A DNA stretch of 64,000 bases from Eledone cirrhosa (GCA_964016885.1 OZ024743.1:74090001-74154000), one strand, 5' to 3'; positions 15,756-30,307 are shown, numbered from the stretch's first letter. The notes: generated by a model not told the origin, from the letters alone. Made by a program: numbers and translations.

Positions 15756-16844
15756 AGGCAAAGTAATATTATTGGAGAGAATACAACAAACTGAGATGTT
15801 TAAAATTATTTTATAATTAGCAAAACGCACATTTATTGAAAAAGAACATTTATTGAAATATATGCATAATTAACTAAATTGGTCGTAGTATATGACGTGC
15901 ATACCTTGAAATCATCAAAGGATTAAATATAAAAGTGTCTTCGACAGGATATTATTTGAGAGGTGGAAAGGAAGATATTTTGAGCCAATTATTCTTGTGC
16001 TGCTCTGTCTATACATCTTTATAACTATTTATTCGGAACATAAGAGTTCCTTAACAAAACGGAAATAAATATAAGCCTCTAAAAATCAGTGTAGATAACA
16101 CGTAGTTATCAATCATAGTAACAAAGTTAATGCCACAATACTGTTGGATATGTCTGTTTAGGTTTACAATGAAAGCGAGTAAAACACCCTTGAAATTCCT
16201 ATCGTGGACAGAAGAACGTATTTTATATATTGATGGATCACTTTCAACCAAAATATTGTTCATATAGTAGAAAGATATCAAAAAGTAAGGATTAAAGGAA
16301 ACAAGAGGTGAGAAGATCTGTGGAGACTATCAATAATACTTACAGTATTGATTGGTTAAAAAACGTAGGAACAAACATAAACGAATGTTCACATTAAAAT
16401 ACTTAACAATGCAAGAGATAAAATATTATATAATGTGTCATTGTCAATATCACAACACAAACAAAATTTTCCATAAAAATAACTCCATATCTAGCATGAA
16501 TACAGAGAAAGAGAATATAAAAAACTTCAGATTAGACTAAAAAAATAAAACAAAAGTAATGATGTAGAAATGTTGGAGAGGAGACAACACGTTGGCAACT
16601 CTTTGATTCTTTCCTGCCTATTTTGTGTAAATAAAAAAACTATTTATCTCCTCTTTCATCCTTTCTTTTCAATAGTTGGCCGTCTTTTTAAAAAAATAGA
16701 AATCCTCGATTCGTCAGTTATAGAGTATGTGTAAAAGAATGTCACAATGGTCACATCTGAAATATCTTTAAACCTACATCTGTTCAATAAACACCGACAT
16801 GGGGCTAGACAACAACAATAACAACAACTACATTATCAAATAAT

Positions 16845-17490
16845 AATGGTTTCTTATTTAAGCACAAGGCCAGTAATTTTAGGAGGAGAGGAAAGTCGAT
16901 TAAATATGTCCCAGTGCATTACTGGTACTTTATAAACCCTGTAAGGAGAAAAGGCAGAGCTAATCTCAGTGGGATGTGAATTCAGAACGTAAAGAGCCGT
17001 AACCCTATACGGCGAAGCAGGGTGCCCGATGCTCTACCGATATTGCTAATCTGCCGCCTTACAATATCTACTAATAATGGTTTCTACTTTAGGCACAAGG
17101 CCAGCAATCACCCAGTGCATTACTGGTACTTTATTTTATCGACCCCATAAGGATGAAAGGCAAAGTTAACCTCGGCGGGATTTGAACTCAGATCCTAAAG
17201 GGACGTAACTATGCTGGAAAGCATGGCGTCCGACCCTCTACCGATACTCCCAATCCACAATATCTACTAATAATGGTTTCTGATCTTGACACAAGCCATC
17301 GATTTTAGGGGAGGGGAAAGTCGATTAAATCTTCCCCAGTGAGTTACTGGTACTTTATTTTATAAACCAAGTAAGGAGAAAAGGCAAATCTAACCTCAGT
17401 AGAGATTTGAACTCAGAATGTAAAGAGCCGTAACTCTATACAGCGAAGCAGGGTGCCCGATGCTCTACGATACAGCCAATCTACCGCCCT
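16845..17490 (-). mobile_element. Three tandem family-A SINEs
   Basis: Three co-oriented copies starting taataatggtttc and ending in ctctaccgata...aatc. Confidence 0.85.
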
Positions 17491-18164
17491 ACATAAGCAA
17501 CTAATAATTTTTAAGTCCCCCATCGGTCACTAATAACCATGGTTTTGCACCTAGAAAGTTTCCCTCCGAGGAACAAGTCCGGGCAAGATGGTTTATGTAA
17601 AACCAACAGCCGCCCATGCCTGCAAATCCCGCCTCCCCACGCCACTAATGTTAAATATATTGTCTAAAACTAAACAGAGGATAGTCTTTATTGCGACATA
17701 TTTAATCATAAATCTTCTCCATTAGTAACGACATAGAAATAAACAAGTGCACATTCACGCCTCTAAAAATAGTAGCCAAATCTCCCTCAAATTACGCCTT
17801 GCAGTCTACAATAGAAGAACACATTAGATAATATAATACGAGATAGGAGATAGCATTAAAAAGACAGTATGATGTTTGTTAGAATACTTTTGATCTTCAC
17901 AGTAATGGATCAGGATAGACCTGCAGTTACCAACAAGGAACATCATAAACAACAACAACTATAACAATAAAAAACAACTATTCTAACATCACTAATGACA
18001 ACACCAGATCGATTAACAACAAAACTTAAAACGAATATCATCGTAAAAACAGTATCAAAAGCTAGTAATTCAAAACCATTTCAATATTTTAATGTTCTGA
18101 CTGAATATGACAGCCTTTATATCAATATAGAAATAATAAACACACACCACCGTACTACACACAC

Positions 18165-18483
<319 letters not shown>

Positions 18484-18612
18484 TATATGAATATTTCGGG
18501 ATCCCAACGGCTGAGCTCCTGCCGTTTCAACAGCTAGATCCGAACTATTTAGCCTTAATAAAATGAATATTATACATAATGAATGTTATATATATCTACT
18601 GTATGTAAATAT

Positions 18613-18677
<65 letters not shown>

Positions 18678-18690
18678 GTATATGTATATA

Positions 18691-18779
<89 letters not shown>

Positions 18780-18806
18780 GTATATATATATATATATATA
18801 TATATA

Positions 18807-19020
18807 AGGCGTGTGGCTGAGTGGTTAGAGAATTGGATTCGCAATCGTAAGGTTGTGAGTTCGATTCCTGGACCAGGCGATGCGTTATGTCCTTGAGCAA
18901 GACACTTTATTTCACGTTGCTCCTTCTACCTGGAGTTGCGACCGATAGATAGTATTAGCAATTGGAAAGACCAACGGAAACATTGTTCCCTCGGTCCGAT
19001 TTGACGAAAGTCGATCGTTT
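18807..19020 (+). mobile_element. tRNA-headed SINE (family B core, tail type 1)
   Basis: ggcgtgtggctgagtggttag...gagttcgattcc, core ccttgagcaagacactttatttcacgttgctcc. Near-identical copy at 56430. Confidence 0.85.
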
Positions 19021-19036
19021 AAGATATATATTTATT

Positions 19037-19068
<32 letters not shown>

Positions 19069-19893
19069 CTCTCCCGGTGCTTATGTGTATTCTTCATATA
19101 TTATGAAGGTAGGTATTGTTTTGCTGTTTCTGGTAGTTACAGTAATGGTCCTTTTTTTTTCATCTAGAATTATTAGTGCTATGTATTTCATAATAGATCA
19201 TTATAGCAGTGCTGTTGTTGCTGTTACAGATAGTAGTAGAGATGCTGCTGCTGCTGGTGCTGATGATGATGATGATGATGATGATGACGACGATGACTGC
19301 GATGACGATGAGGATGATGATAGAAGTGAATTTTTAGTGGTAATTATGGTGGTATGAAAGTAATATTAAGAAAGAAATGATTATTGTTGGTGGTGAATAT
19401 TAGTGGTGGTGTTTAACGGTAGTTGTGGTAATATGAGACATGGTTCTGTTAGTGGTTCTCTGTTTAAAAAACTCACTGCGTTGCTAAAGATAATTTGAAC
19501 GTCAGAACCAGATGCACTAACATATAATTAATTACTTTCGACAACATATTTTTCACTGTTTCAAATATTTGTTATTGTTTTTTTTGGCTTTTGTGACGGA
19601 GATTTCAAATCTTTTTGTTGTTTATGTTTCTGCAATTTTCATTGCTCTCAGAAAAATTTTAAATATATGTGAAAAAAGAAAGTCAATTAACAAAAACCTC
19701 TATTATGTATACTTAATTGAGGTATATAGTTTCGATTTGTAGATAATATATCACATTGTCTTAAACTGTAAGATCGTATCCCTTTAATGGCGATACTATG
19801 TTTTACATTCAAGTAACTGGTCCTACAAATAATAACAAATGCTAGGAATGGGGAAATCATTAAACAGTAGAGCTTTTGTTTTTCAATTATAAT

Positions 19894-20070
19894 TGGCAGT
19901 ATCGGTAGAGGGTTGGACGCCATGCTTTGATGCATAGAGTTACGGCCCTTACCATTCTGAGTTCAAATCCCGCCGAGTTTAACTTTGCCTTTCATTCTTA
20001 CAGGGGTCGATAAAATAAAGTACCAGTAATGCACTGGAATAATTGCTGGCCTTCTGTCAATAGCAGAAAC
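19894..20070 (+). mobile_element. Family-A SINE
   Basis: tggcagtatcggtagag...gagttcaaatcccgcc...gcctttcattcttacaggggtcgataaaataaagtacca. Confidence 0.85.
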
Positions 20071-20219
20071 ATTTATTTCAATATTTTCATGGTTGCCATA
20101 GCTTAAGTTATTCACCTGGGAATGTGAAATCAAATATAATTCATGCAGGTTGAAACTATGTTCAAACTTTCTGCTGTTTTCAATACTTTTAATTTTTTTT
20201 CCAATACAGTGATAATATT

Positions 20220-20472
20220 CGAATGGTCAGGAAATGGATAAAAACAGCCACGAAGGTCTGATTAGAAACGAATGGTCAGGAAATGAACAAAACAGCCACG
20301 AAGGTCCTATTAGAAACGAATGGTCAGGAAATGGAGAAAAAAAACAACCACCAAGATCTTAATATTTTAATGGTCAGGAAATGGGAAAAAAAACAACAAC
20401 CACGAAGGTCCTAATAGAAATGAATGGTCAGAAAATAGAAAAAAACAGCCACGAAGGTTTTAATAGAAACGA
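20220..20472. repeat. ~48-bp minisatellite, ~5 copies
   Basis: Repeated GAATGGTCAGGAAATG...AAAACAGCCACGAAGGTC...TAGAAAC. Confidence 0.85.
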
Positions 20473-21037
20473 AGATTCTTACTTTTTTAGTTGCCCGATT
20501 TTTGGAGAGTTACGATGGTTGCTGCGGAAGAATTCGTAAAAGTTATACCAGGGAAATATTTTATTGGCTTTTGGGCTTAAATTTCTTCAGAATTATTTCA
20601 AAGTCAGTAAAATAACATCGTTGGAGTTTGACTGTCATATTTTAATGATGCACTTTACATTTCTAATTCTAGTCAAGGAAGGAATGAAATTCCAAGTAAA
20701 GTTGGTTTTTATTAGCCATTTTTAAATTCATTACTTACTTTCTGACAGAACATAAATATTGAAACTATAAAATAATATGAAAGCCTTCAATCAATAGTCA
20801 TGTTTATTACCAAATATCATTTTTTTTTTATTTGTTTGTTTTCTTAATAGTGAATATCTTGCTGTAAAGTTTGAAAAATTTATGGACAACTACAATCCTT
20901 AAAACTATGCCCAGAATACATCTAGTAAGATTAATATATTACAACGAGTTATAGTGTTGTATTTTTATTTTATATAACGTATCACGGAAGTCATTTAAAA
21001 TACACGTTCACTCCATAAACCTACACCCAACATACAC

Positions 21038-21093
<56 letters not shown>

Positions 21094-21167
21094 AAGTATA
21101 GTCACTTTACTCTTCTGACAAGTTTCAACAAAAATCAAACATGATAAAGGGTGAAAAACTAATATTG

Positions 21168-21246
<79 letters not shown>

Positions 21247-21279
21247 TTCCAATTATATATATATATATATATATATATA

Positions 21280-22000
21280 TTTCGTTTCTGAATTTGTTTA
21301 GCAAGATTCTTTATCTGAAAACGTGTGTTGAAACCGATATTGTTATACTTTGGGAGGGTCATGTTGCCAATAAGAAACACACGCACCAATTGCTTTCACT
21401 TCACTTTATTATAATAAATTTATAAATTTAGGAATTTATAAATTTCCGATTGGTTGGTTGGTTGGTTCCACAACCAGATGATAAATAGAATCTACACACA
21501 GAAAAGACGCAATGTTTAGAGAAATCACAGAGGCAATAAACATAAATGAACTCCAACCAAAATTAAATAGAAAACATGAATGGAACAGCAACATCACAAC
21601 TTAAAATTAAGGACAAAATGAAAACACACACGCACATAGAACAAACAACCTACCAGTAACATGTAAATAAACAAATAAATTAACAAATATAAACACACAC
21701 AGATACCCGGATGAAACACATGCGCAAACTAAGCACACAACACACACAAAAACAAAATGGCGTAGGACAGAACAAAGGAGAGGCACAAAAAAAAAAAAAA
21801 AAAAGAGAAGATAAAAAGAAAAGAATCCCCAGTCACTGAAGAGGTCACAGAATGTGTGACGAAAGAACTTTGACAATATATAAACAATCATCTGGTTGTG
21901 GAACCAACCAACCAACCGGAAATTTATAAATTGCTAAATTTATAAATCTATTATAATAAATTGAAGTGAAAGCAACTGGTGCGTGTGTTTCTTATAGTAT

Positions 22001-22006
<6 letters not shown>
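21280..22006 (+). mobile_element. Truncated Penelope-like element with inverted pLTR, in (TA)n
   Basis: 21338-21482 is the inverse of 21888-22006. The interior encodes RKDAMFREITEAININELQPKLNRKHEWN, homologous to the GIY-YIG C-terminus at ~43100-43180. Hammerhead at 21833. Confidence 0.85.
21832..21874 (+). ncRNA. Hammerhead ribozyme motif
   Basis: GTCA-CTGAAGA-G-GTCACA-GAATG-TGTGAC-GAAAG-AA-CTT-TGAC: stem I 4 bp, stem II 6 bp, short stem III. Confidence 0.78.
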
Positions 22007-22031
<25 letters not shown>

Positions 22032-22113
22032 CGGTAGAGATTGATGCAAATGCAATTCAATTGAAACACTCCACCTCATGTTACTTCTTCAAAATATGTG
22101 TGTGTGTGTGTGC

Positions 22114-22212
<99 letters not shown>

Positions 22213-22414
22213 ATATATATGTTTGAGTGTGTATATATATATGTATATATATTTATGTTTGTGTGTGTGTATATATATATGTATACACACATACCCATAT
22301 ATATGGGAATTATTTTCGATATAAGGATGTCATTATACGGACATTACTTCCTTAATCATTTCTACCTTCTGTGAAGAAACAAAAATGAACAGAATTAGAA
22401 ATTAATGACTTGAG

Positions 22415-22528
<114 letters not shown>

Positions 22529-22769
22529 CACACACATATATACATGTATACATATATACATATATATATATATATAAAGTTCTGGGCACGCTACGGATAG
22601 ATGTATTGTCTACAATGTGTTGAAACATCTGTAATCTGTAGTAGACAACTGATGAAGGGAACATGTCCATTTCTTGTTTGTGTTCACTTTTCTAATACTC
22701 GTTATCAGTAACCATGCAGCCTTGTCCCTCTCAATTCATATATATATATATATATATAGTAATTGTGGA

Positions 22770-23835
22770 CAACAACATAAGCTGGGCCACTCATATAAAC
22801 ACCAAATTTGACATCACCGGGAGAATGTGTTAGTGGATTCTCAGAACCTTCCAGTCGAGAGATATCCACACTGTTATCCTTCTGTTTTCCGCTTTTGCCC
22901 GACCCCACCTTGAATACTGTTGTCCACTGTGGTCTCCCCACACGAAAAAAAGTATCATGAAATTGAAGCTCCTCAAAGGTCAATCACGAAAACGATAGAT
23001 GGCATGTCAGGCCTTGACTATTGGGGTCGACTAGAAAAACTCAAACTTTATTCATTCCAACGCCGCCGTGAGCGCTACATTATCTGCATGATGTGGAAAA
23101 TATCCCATCAGCATTGCCCAAATGATGTTGGCATCACCTTTAAACTACACCCAAGGCTTGGGCCCCGTGCTATCCGCCCACAACAAAAATCAAACTCGCA
23201 TCTCATAACAACAATACGGCACAATGATTTCACCTCAATTGGCCCCGCTCTCTTTAACATTACACCAAAACACATTAAAACATTAAAACATGTAAATATA
23301 CTTTAGTTGTTGAAGTGACGCCTGAACGAGTAAGTATCCCCCACCACCAACTAACTTCCCCTCCACCTCTGGGTCCTGGCCAATAGGATAGAGAATGCAT
23401 TGCTCCCGAGGACGACGAGGGAGACACGTTGAAACAGCCACTCCACCTCGCAGGTAAACATTAATATAAGGAGAAAGTATATACTGGAGAGAAATGAGTA
23501 AGGGATGGAAAGAAAGAAGAAATGGTAGATGAAAGAATAGAAATAAGAAATAGAGGAGGTGGGAGGTGTTGAGTCTACATACGCACACATAGAAATTAGA
23601 AGATTTCACACAACTATATTCACCTCAACCGGTCAGGTTTTCTTTACATCAAAACATATAAAAATAGAAACAGGTCCTATAAAATTCAAAGCGACTTTGG
23701 GCAAATTCCTCCAAGAAATCCCGGATAAACTTCCTACACCCGGATATGTCTCCGTAAATAATTACTCTCTATTGAGTAAGCTATGGTGTCCAAATCCTGG
23801 ATTGAAAGACTTCGCCGGGTGGTGTTATTTTCCAT
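22770..23835 (+). mobile_element. CR1/L2-group LINE 3' fragment, interrupted
   Basis: HLEYCCPLWSP (frameshift) IEAPQRSITKTIDGMSGLDYWGRLEKLKLYSFQRRRERY; resumes at ~23600 with FKATLGKFLQEIPDKLPTPGY. Confidence 0.75.
23305..23460 (-). mobile_element. CRE/NeSL-like RLE C-terminal fragment
   Basis: Translates EVEWLFQRVSLVVLGSNAFSIL, resembling the QRxSxxxxRGNA motif at the end of restriction-like endonuclease domains. Confidence 0.6.
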
Positions 23836-24074
23836 CCTGTCGGCTGGGTCCCAGAGGTGGAGGGTAAGTTAGTTGGTAGTGGAGGAAACTCGTTCGGACG
23901 CCACTTTTACACGTGTATTGAGTGCCTTTTTTCATCCATTCATTTCATATATACATATATCCACACATCTTCATTTCCTGTTTATTATATAATCAATATC
24001 TGACAATTATTCCGTTTATCAACAACTCTATGTTGCTATGCCATCAAATATACCCAATATTGGGATATGATACG

Positions 24075-24383
24075 AATGTCCCAGGGTTGAATCGCTGTAC
24101 AGATTTTAAGGGCAAAACCAACCGGCAGGAGACCCAGGAGTAAACCCGGGGCAAGATGGTTGGACAACATCAATGAGCTTCACTGGTCTCACTTGGTGAT
24201 CCAGCCGGATCAGTTGGTAACGGTTCTTCTGACAGGAGCCGCTGGAAGGAGTATTTGAGGGCTCTGACCCCACAACCCTCTCAGGAATAAGTAGAAAAAG
24301 AAGAAAAATAAAAAATATAAAAAAAGAAGAAGAAGAAGAAGAAGAAGAAGAAGAAGAAGAAGAAGAAGAAGAAGAAGAAGAAA
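24075..24383 (+). mobile_element. RTE-clade (Rex3/Expander-like) LINE 3' end with (GAA)n tail
   Basis: QILRAKPTGRRPRSKPGARWLDNINELHWSHLVIQPDQL matches the GxRPRGRPxxRWxDxI RTE C-terminus. Another piece lies on the minus strand at ~46520-46600. Confidence 0.75.
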
Positions 24384-25683
24384 TATACAATTCAACATAT
24401 ATACTAAACGATTTTCTAAAAAGAAAACTTCACCGATGCGAGTAAAAGAAGCGAAAATATATACGGAGTTATTTGCGGTACTTGACAGAACTTTCCACGT
24501 ATAAACGTCTGTAAAATCCCATACTGTAACACACGTTGCATGCTCATATGCCCCTCCTATATATTTGGCGTTATAATTCCATTTGAGAAATGGAAGTGTC
24601 TTGCTCAAGGACACAATGTACCCATGGGAATTGAACTAACGACAATCGTGAATCGAACGGCCTATCTACAAAGCCACGCGCCGTCACTAAGCCGTGTGAT
24701 TTAAGTAATATTAATACCGTTTTGCAAATAGTTCACAAAATGCAAGTTTTAATGATATACATATATATATATTATCACTATGTCTACTAATAAATGGCAA
24801 ATGAAGTGGATATATTTCGTTTAACTTTAATAAGAGTAAGTCAGAGTTATGATTGGTGGATAGTCGTTGTTTGCAAATCTAAACTTCCCGGAAATATACT
24901 CTAAAGAAATAAATTAAATCTTTCCATAAAAAGCTCTTCAATACTTAGAGTTAAGGAGGTCTTATTTTAAAATGTATTTCTGAGAGTGCAGCTATGATTC
25001 TATTTGAGACAGGGAATACAGATACGTTTCATATATTCTGCCAGACTAATTGTATATTTTAATTGAGTTAGTCACGAAGAAATGGTAGGTCAGTAACAAG
25101 AACTTTTATAAGTCGACAATGAAACAGAACCAATTTTCCTTATCTTCTTCATACACATATATAGAAAGCAAGGCCTGAAAATGTTAAATCCTTCACTACC
25201 CGTTGCAATTTAACTGATTGGAAACAAAACCAATATAACTATGTGACAGTATGCCATGATATAAAGTTGAGCTTGAAACTTAATCTTAGGTTGAATCATC
25301 AATCTCAATATAATACTGATTTTTAATTTCAGTCTGGATATAATAATAGCATTTCTATTACAATATACATTTGGCAGTTTTATATAATTACATAGCCTTG
25401 ATAACTGTGATATTATAAGCAGGATAATTCCCAGTGTGATGATGTGTATTATATAGTGGGTGTCACATATTGTATCTTTGATAGTATGTGTCATACTATA
25501 TCATATGTATGTTGATGGCCAGTATGATGATGTGTGTGTTGTAGTGTGTGCCCATATTCTACGCATGATAATGTGTCATGCTATAAATTGATAGACTGTA
25601 TCTTATAGGCAAAGGTTTTAGTCGGAGGAAGCTTGCATACACTTACATACACAATTCACACCTATATATATATACATACATAG

Positions 25684-25727
<44 letters not shown>

Positions 25728-25744
25728 TCATACATATATGGATA

Positions 25745-25779
<35 letters not shown>

Positions 25780-25871
25780 CGTGTTTAATGGTAGCTATGA
25801 TGCTTCCATAGACGGTATGCCAGTTAATCACTCTATGTTCTTACAGAGCAGAGTGTGATATAATATATGTT

Positions 25872-25919
<48 letters not shown>

Positions 25920-25950
25920 AACATATATATATACAGACATACATATATAG

Positions 25951-26009
<59 letters not shown>

Positions 26010-26011
26010 AT

Positions 26012-26232
26012 AATGGTTTCTTATATAGGCACAAGGCCAGCAATTTTGGTGGGAGGGGAAAGTCGATCAAATCGACCCCAGTGCGTGACCGGTACTTTAT
26101 TTTATCGACCCCGTAAGGATGAAAGACAAAGTTAACCTCCACGGGATTTGAACTCAGATCATAAAGAACCGTAACTCTATGCTGAAAAGCATGGTGATCG
26201 ACCCTCTACCGATACTGCCAATCCACCGCCCT
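26012..26232 (-). mobile_element. Family-A SINE, long form
   Basis: Full head-to-tail copy including the ggggaaagtcgatcaaatcgacccc segment. Confidence 0.87.
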
Positions 26233-26327
26233 AAATATATATATATAATAATAATAAGTGAAGTGACAGTTTCTGCGCATGCGCGTTCATACGGCTGTTC
26301 TTCCTGTTCCGTTTAACCATGACCAGT

Positions 26328-26367
26328 CCGGGCTGAAGATCCGCTAAGGTGAAACAATTGTTCTCGG
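26328..26367 (+). ncRNA. Hammerhead ribozyme-like motif
   Basis: CCGGG-CTGAAGA-TCC-GCTAA-GGT-GAAAC-AATT-GTT-CTCGG: stem I 5 bp, palindromic AACAATTGTT, weak stem II. Lies in a ~220-bp island inside (TA)n. Confidence 0.62.
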
Positions 26368-26461
26368 TATGGTGAACTAACTGTTGTGTTTCTACTCCTA
26401 CCAAACCCGTTCCATGGACTGAGTGCTTTACCACCATGGATATTACCTTCCAGTGTTCAAC

Positions 26462-26520
<59 letters not shown>

Positions 26521-26522
<2 letters not shown>

Positions 26523-26648
26523 GGAACAAGTAAGACCCAGACGGCTGAGCTCAAGCCGTTTCGACGGCTAATTCTGGACTGAATTAGCCGTCCAGAATTA
26601 GCCGTCGAAACGGCTTGAGCTCACCCGTCGAGGTCTTACTTGTTCCTA
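26521..26648. repeat. Fold-back inverted repeat (~59-bp arms)
   Basis: taggaacaagtaagacc...gtttcgacggctaattctggac versus gtccagaattagccgtcgaaac...ggtcttacttgttccta. Confidence 0.9.
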
Positions 26649-26741
26649 TTACCCACTCTACTACCCTAAGTATTGAGTACTTTGGTGCGTTATGGTCCAC
26701 CTGGTTCCTTACCACATTTCCTTCGTTATATATATATATAT

Positions 26742-27696
26742 ATATAGAATTAATATATCTACCGACGTATGTATACAGATGCATACCTATGCTAGCAGAT
26801 ATATATGTTTTGTCTTAGTAACTTTGTAGTTCTATGCAGGGGAATGGAGAACAATTATATGAAAGACGTAAATAAGAAAGTTATGAAAATTGACTTACTT
26901 ACTAAAATTTCACTCCAACTAATTAGTTTCTGTAAGGGGATAAATACAGTTATGTAATACCTATAGAGAAGCCTTACGTCATCAGGGAGTCTATTCTCAG
27001 CTAAGTTACCAGGCAATGCGGGGACACTGGAAACTTATATAACAATAATTCAGTGGATGGAAAAAAGCGAAAAAGGCGAGCGGGGCTAGATTCCAAGCCA
27101 CTGAAAAATTCACTGCCTTCTTGGTCAAGTGGCAAATTCAAAAGAATTAATCACGTGACACTGCATTCCCCTGCATTCCCCTGCATTCCCCTGCATAGAA
27201 CTACAAAGTTACTAAGACAAAACATATATATCTGCTAGCATAGGTATGCATCTGTATACATATGTCGGTAGATATATTAATTCTATATATTCAACTCCAA
27301 ATTATTTGTTGAACAAAATTTGCCAAATTACTACTGTGACTGATAGTAGTGGCTAGGCTCTGTCTTAATAGCACCCCCACTCTAAGCTGGTTAACCTCAG
27401 TGTCACGTGATTAATTCTTTTGAATTTGCCACTTGACCAAGAAGGCAGTGAATTTTTCAGTGGCTTGGAATCTAGCCCCGCTCGCCTTTTTCGCTTTTTT
27501 CCATCCACTGAATTATTGTTATATAACTTTCCAGTGTCCCCGTATTGCCTGGTAACTTAGCTGAGAATAGAGTCCCTGATGACGTAAGGCTTCTCTACAG
27601 GTATTACATAACTGTATTTATCCTCTTACAGAAACTAATTAGTTGGAGTGAAATTTTAGTAAGTAAGTCAATTTTCATAACTTTCTTATTTACGTC

Positions 27697-27705
<9 letters not shown>
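26742..27705. repeat. Interleaved inverted repeats A-B-A'-C-B'
   Basis: A ~26742-26846 inverts to ~27177-27290; B ~26855-27163 inverts to ~27398-27705. Confidence 0.9.
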
Positions 27706-27768
<63 letters not shown>

Positions 27769-27774
27769 TTATAT

Positions 27775-27788
27775 ATAGATATAGATAT

Positions 27789-27883
<95 letters not shown>
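27775..27883. repeat. (GATA)n microsatellite
   Basis: Direct reading. Confidence 0.95.
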
Positions 27884-28408
27884 TATCATAACGGCGATGA
27901 ATTAGTTTTGCGAGGTTTTTTATATGAAATCGTGTGTCGAAACAAATATTGTTATACTTGGGGAGGATCATATTTGTGTAATATTGCCAGAATTAATAAC
28001 AGAACACAATATTATAAAGCTGAGCGTCGTATGTATTATGTATGTATGTATCCTACACACCTCCCTATAATTTCTTAGCTTTACTCTCTCCGCCGCCCTT
28101 CCCTCTCTCTATAATAGATCATTCCCCTCTCTATAATTTAACTGCTTTACTCTCTCTGTCGATCTTCACTCACTATATGACGACACTGTTTTAATTTCCG
28201 TCTCTCCCTTCAATATATACACATAGAGAGAGAGAGAGAAAGAGAGAGATTCAGAGAAAGATTAGGAAAACTACACACACACACATCTACAGAGAGAGAC
28301 AGAAAAACAGAGGTAGGGGAAACGAGAGAGATAGGCCGTTAGACAGAAAGAGACACAATTAAAGTGTTAGTTATTCAGAGAGAGAGAGAGTGAGATAGAT
28401 ATATATAT

Positions 28409-28499
<91 letters not shown>

Positions 28500-28673
28500 G
28501 AGAAACAGTGAGAGAGAGAGGGAGACCAGCAAGTGACAGTTTCCAATTACTTTAAATCAAGTATCGGCATTAAAATGATTTTCAAATAAACAATGTGTAT
28601 GATCAAATGTAGCGGTGATTGAAAAATAACGTTCATTTGCGTTGTATATCTTTCATCTGTCGTCGCTCGCATA

Positions 28674-28842
<169 letters not shown>

Positions 28843-29361
28843 TTAATCAAATGGGACTGTGTAGCGTGCAAAGTTGCATACTCTCAAAACATACATCTTC
28901 CTCATTGGCCACCTCTGTATGCAATTTCGTGTATATAGGTGGAATTACATATATTTATTACATCCAAGTTGTACAACGGATTAAAAGAACAAGCCGCTGG
29001 AAAGAAGCGTGCGAGAAAATCGAACAATATAGAAACAAAAGAAAAAGAACAGCAAAGTGTATACATAAACAAATATAAACTGGAATAAGACTAGAACAAC
29101 TTAAGAGGCATTAAAATAAATGTTGTGCAAGCTGTGAGGAGAAAAGAAGGAAGAATATAAGGAGGGGTGTCGTACAAGTAATTACACAGTAGTTAATCAA
29201 AGTTGTTTATATTTTTGTGAGAACAGACTTTTAAAATCCTTGATAAGATGAAACCGGTAATATTTGATAAGAATTAAATTCCGTAAATGTATCAAATATA
29301 AACATATTTATTCTGTCAGATTAAAGAAAAAAGAACCTTTAAATATATTTATGTGCTCCCC

Positions 29362-29424
<63 letters not shown>

Positions 29425-29436
29425 GGGGGGGGGGGT

Positions 29437-29560
29437 GTAAAAAGTAAACAGAAGTAACAACACAATCGGTACAGTATAAGGAAGGAATATATTAGGTTAA
29501 CGCTTGCAATAGCTGGAAGAGGGACTTAACGTTTCGGACGCTAATCCTTCACCTGAAGTA
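29437..29560 (-). mobile_element. Penelope-like pLTR fragment with mutated hammerhead
   Basis: Homolog of 18292-18418; the core reads CAGGTGA...GTCCGAAACGTTA. Confidence 0.6.
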
Positions 29561-29763
29561 AGAATGAGAAATTAGAAAGATTGAAAGGATGGCTGGGGTG
29601 GAATTGGAAAAAAGGCTTTTAGAGAAAAATAACAGGTCCATTCATGTCGCCATCTCTTGGAAAACTGTTGATGCTGGCGTTTTGTGTATGATATACTTTT
29701 TTAGAAGAGTGGATTATGGAGGGCGTCTCCACACACACACACGCATATATATATATATATATA

Positions 29764-30141
<378 letters not shown>

Positions 30142-30146
30142 TGTGT

Positions 30147-30306
30147 GAAGGCGCATGGCTTAGTGGTTAAAGCATTGGGCTTGCAATCGAAAGGTTGTGA
30201 GTTCAATTCTCGGATCGGCTGATGTGTTGTTTCCTTGAGCAAGATACTTTATTTCACGTTGCTCCAGTTTACTCAGCTGTAGAAATGAGTACCGGCCTGC
30301 CCGCCC
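30147..30306 (+). mobile_element. tRNA-headed SINE, 3'-truncated inverse partner of 29764-30030
   Basis: Reverse complement of ~29869-30028 with few mismatches. Confidence 0.85.
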
Positions 30307-30307
30307 A

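Noticed and set aside
18807-18880. tRNA genes at SINE heads (also 30147, 56430, 60510)
   Set aside because: Acceptor and anticodon stems are imperfect, the anticodon varies between copies, and each continues into a SINE core.
18962-19357. 131-aa ORF with hydrophobic and poly-Asp segments
   Set aside because: Composed of a SINE tail plus (TA)n, (GCT)n and (GAT)n repeats.
27570-27610. CTGATGA as a hammerhead core
   Set aside because: No stem II followed by GAAA.
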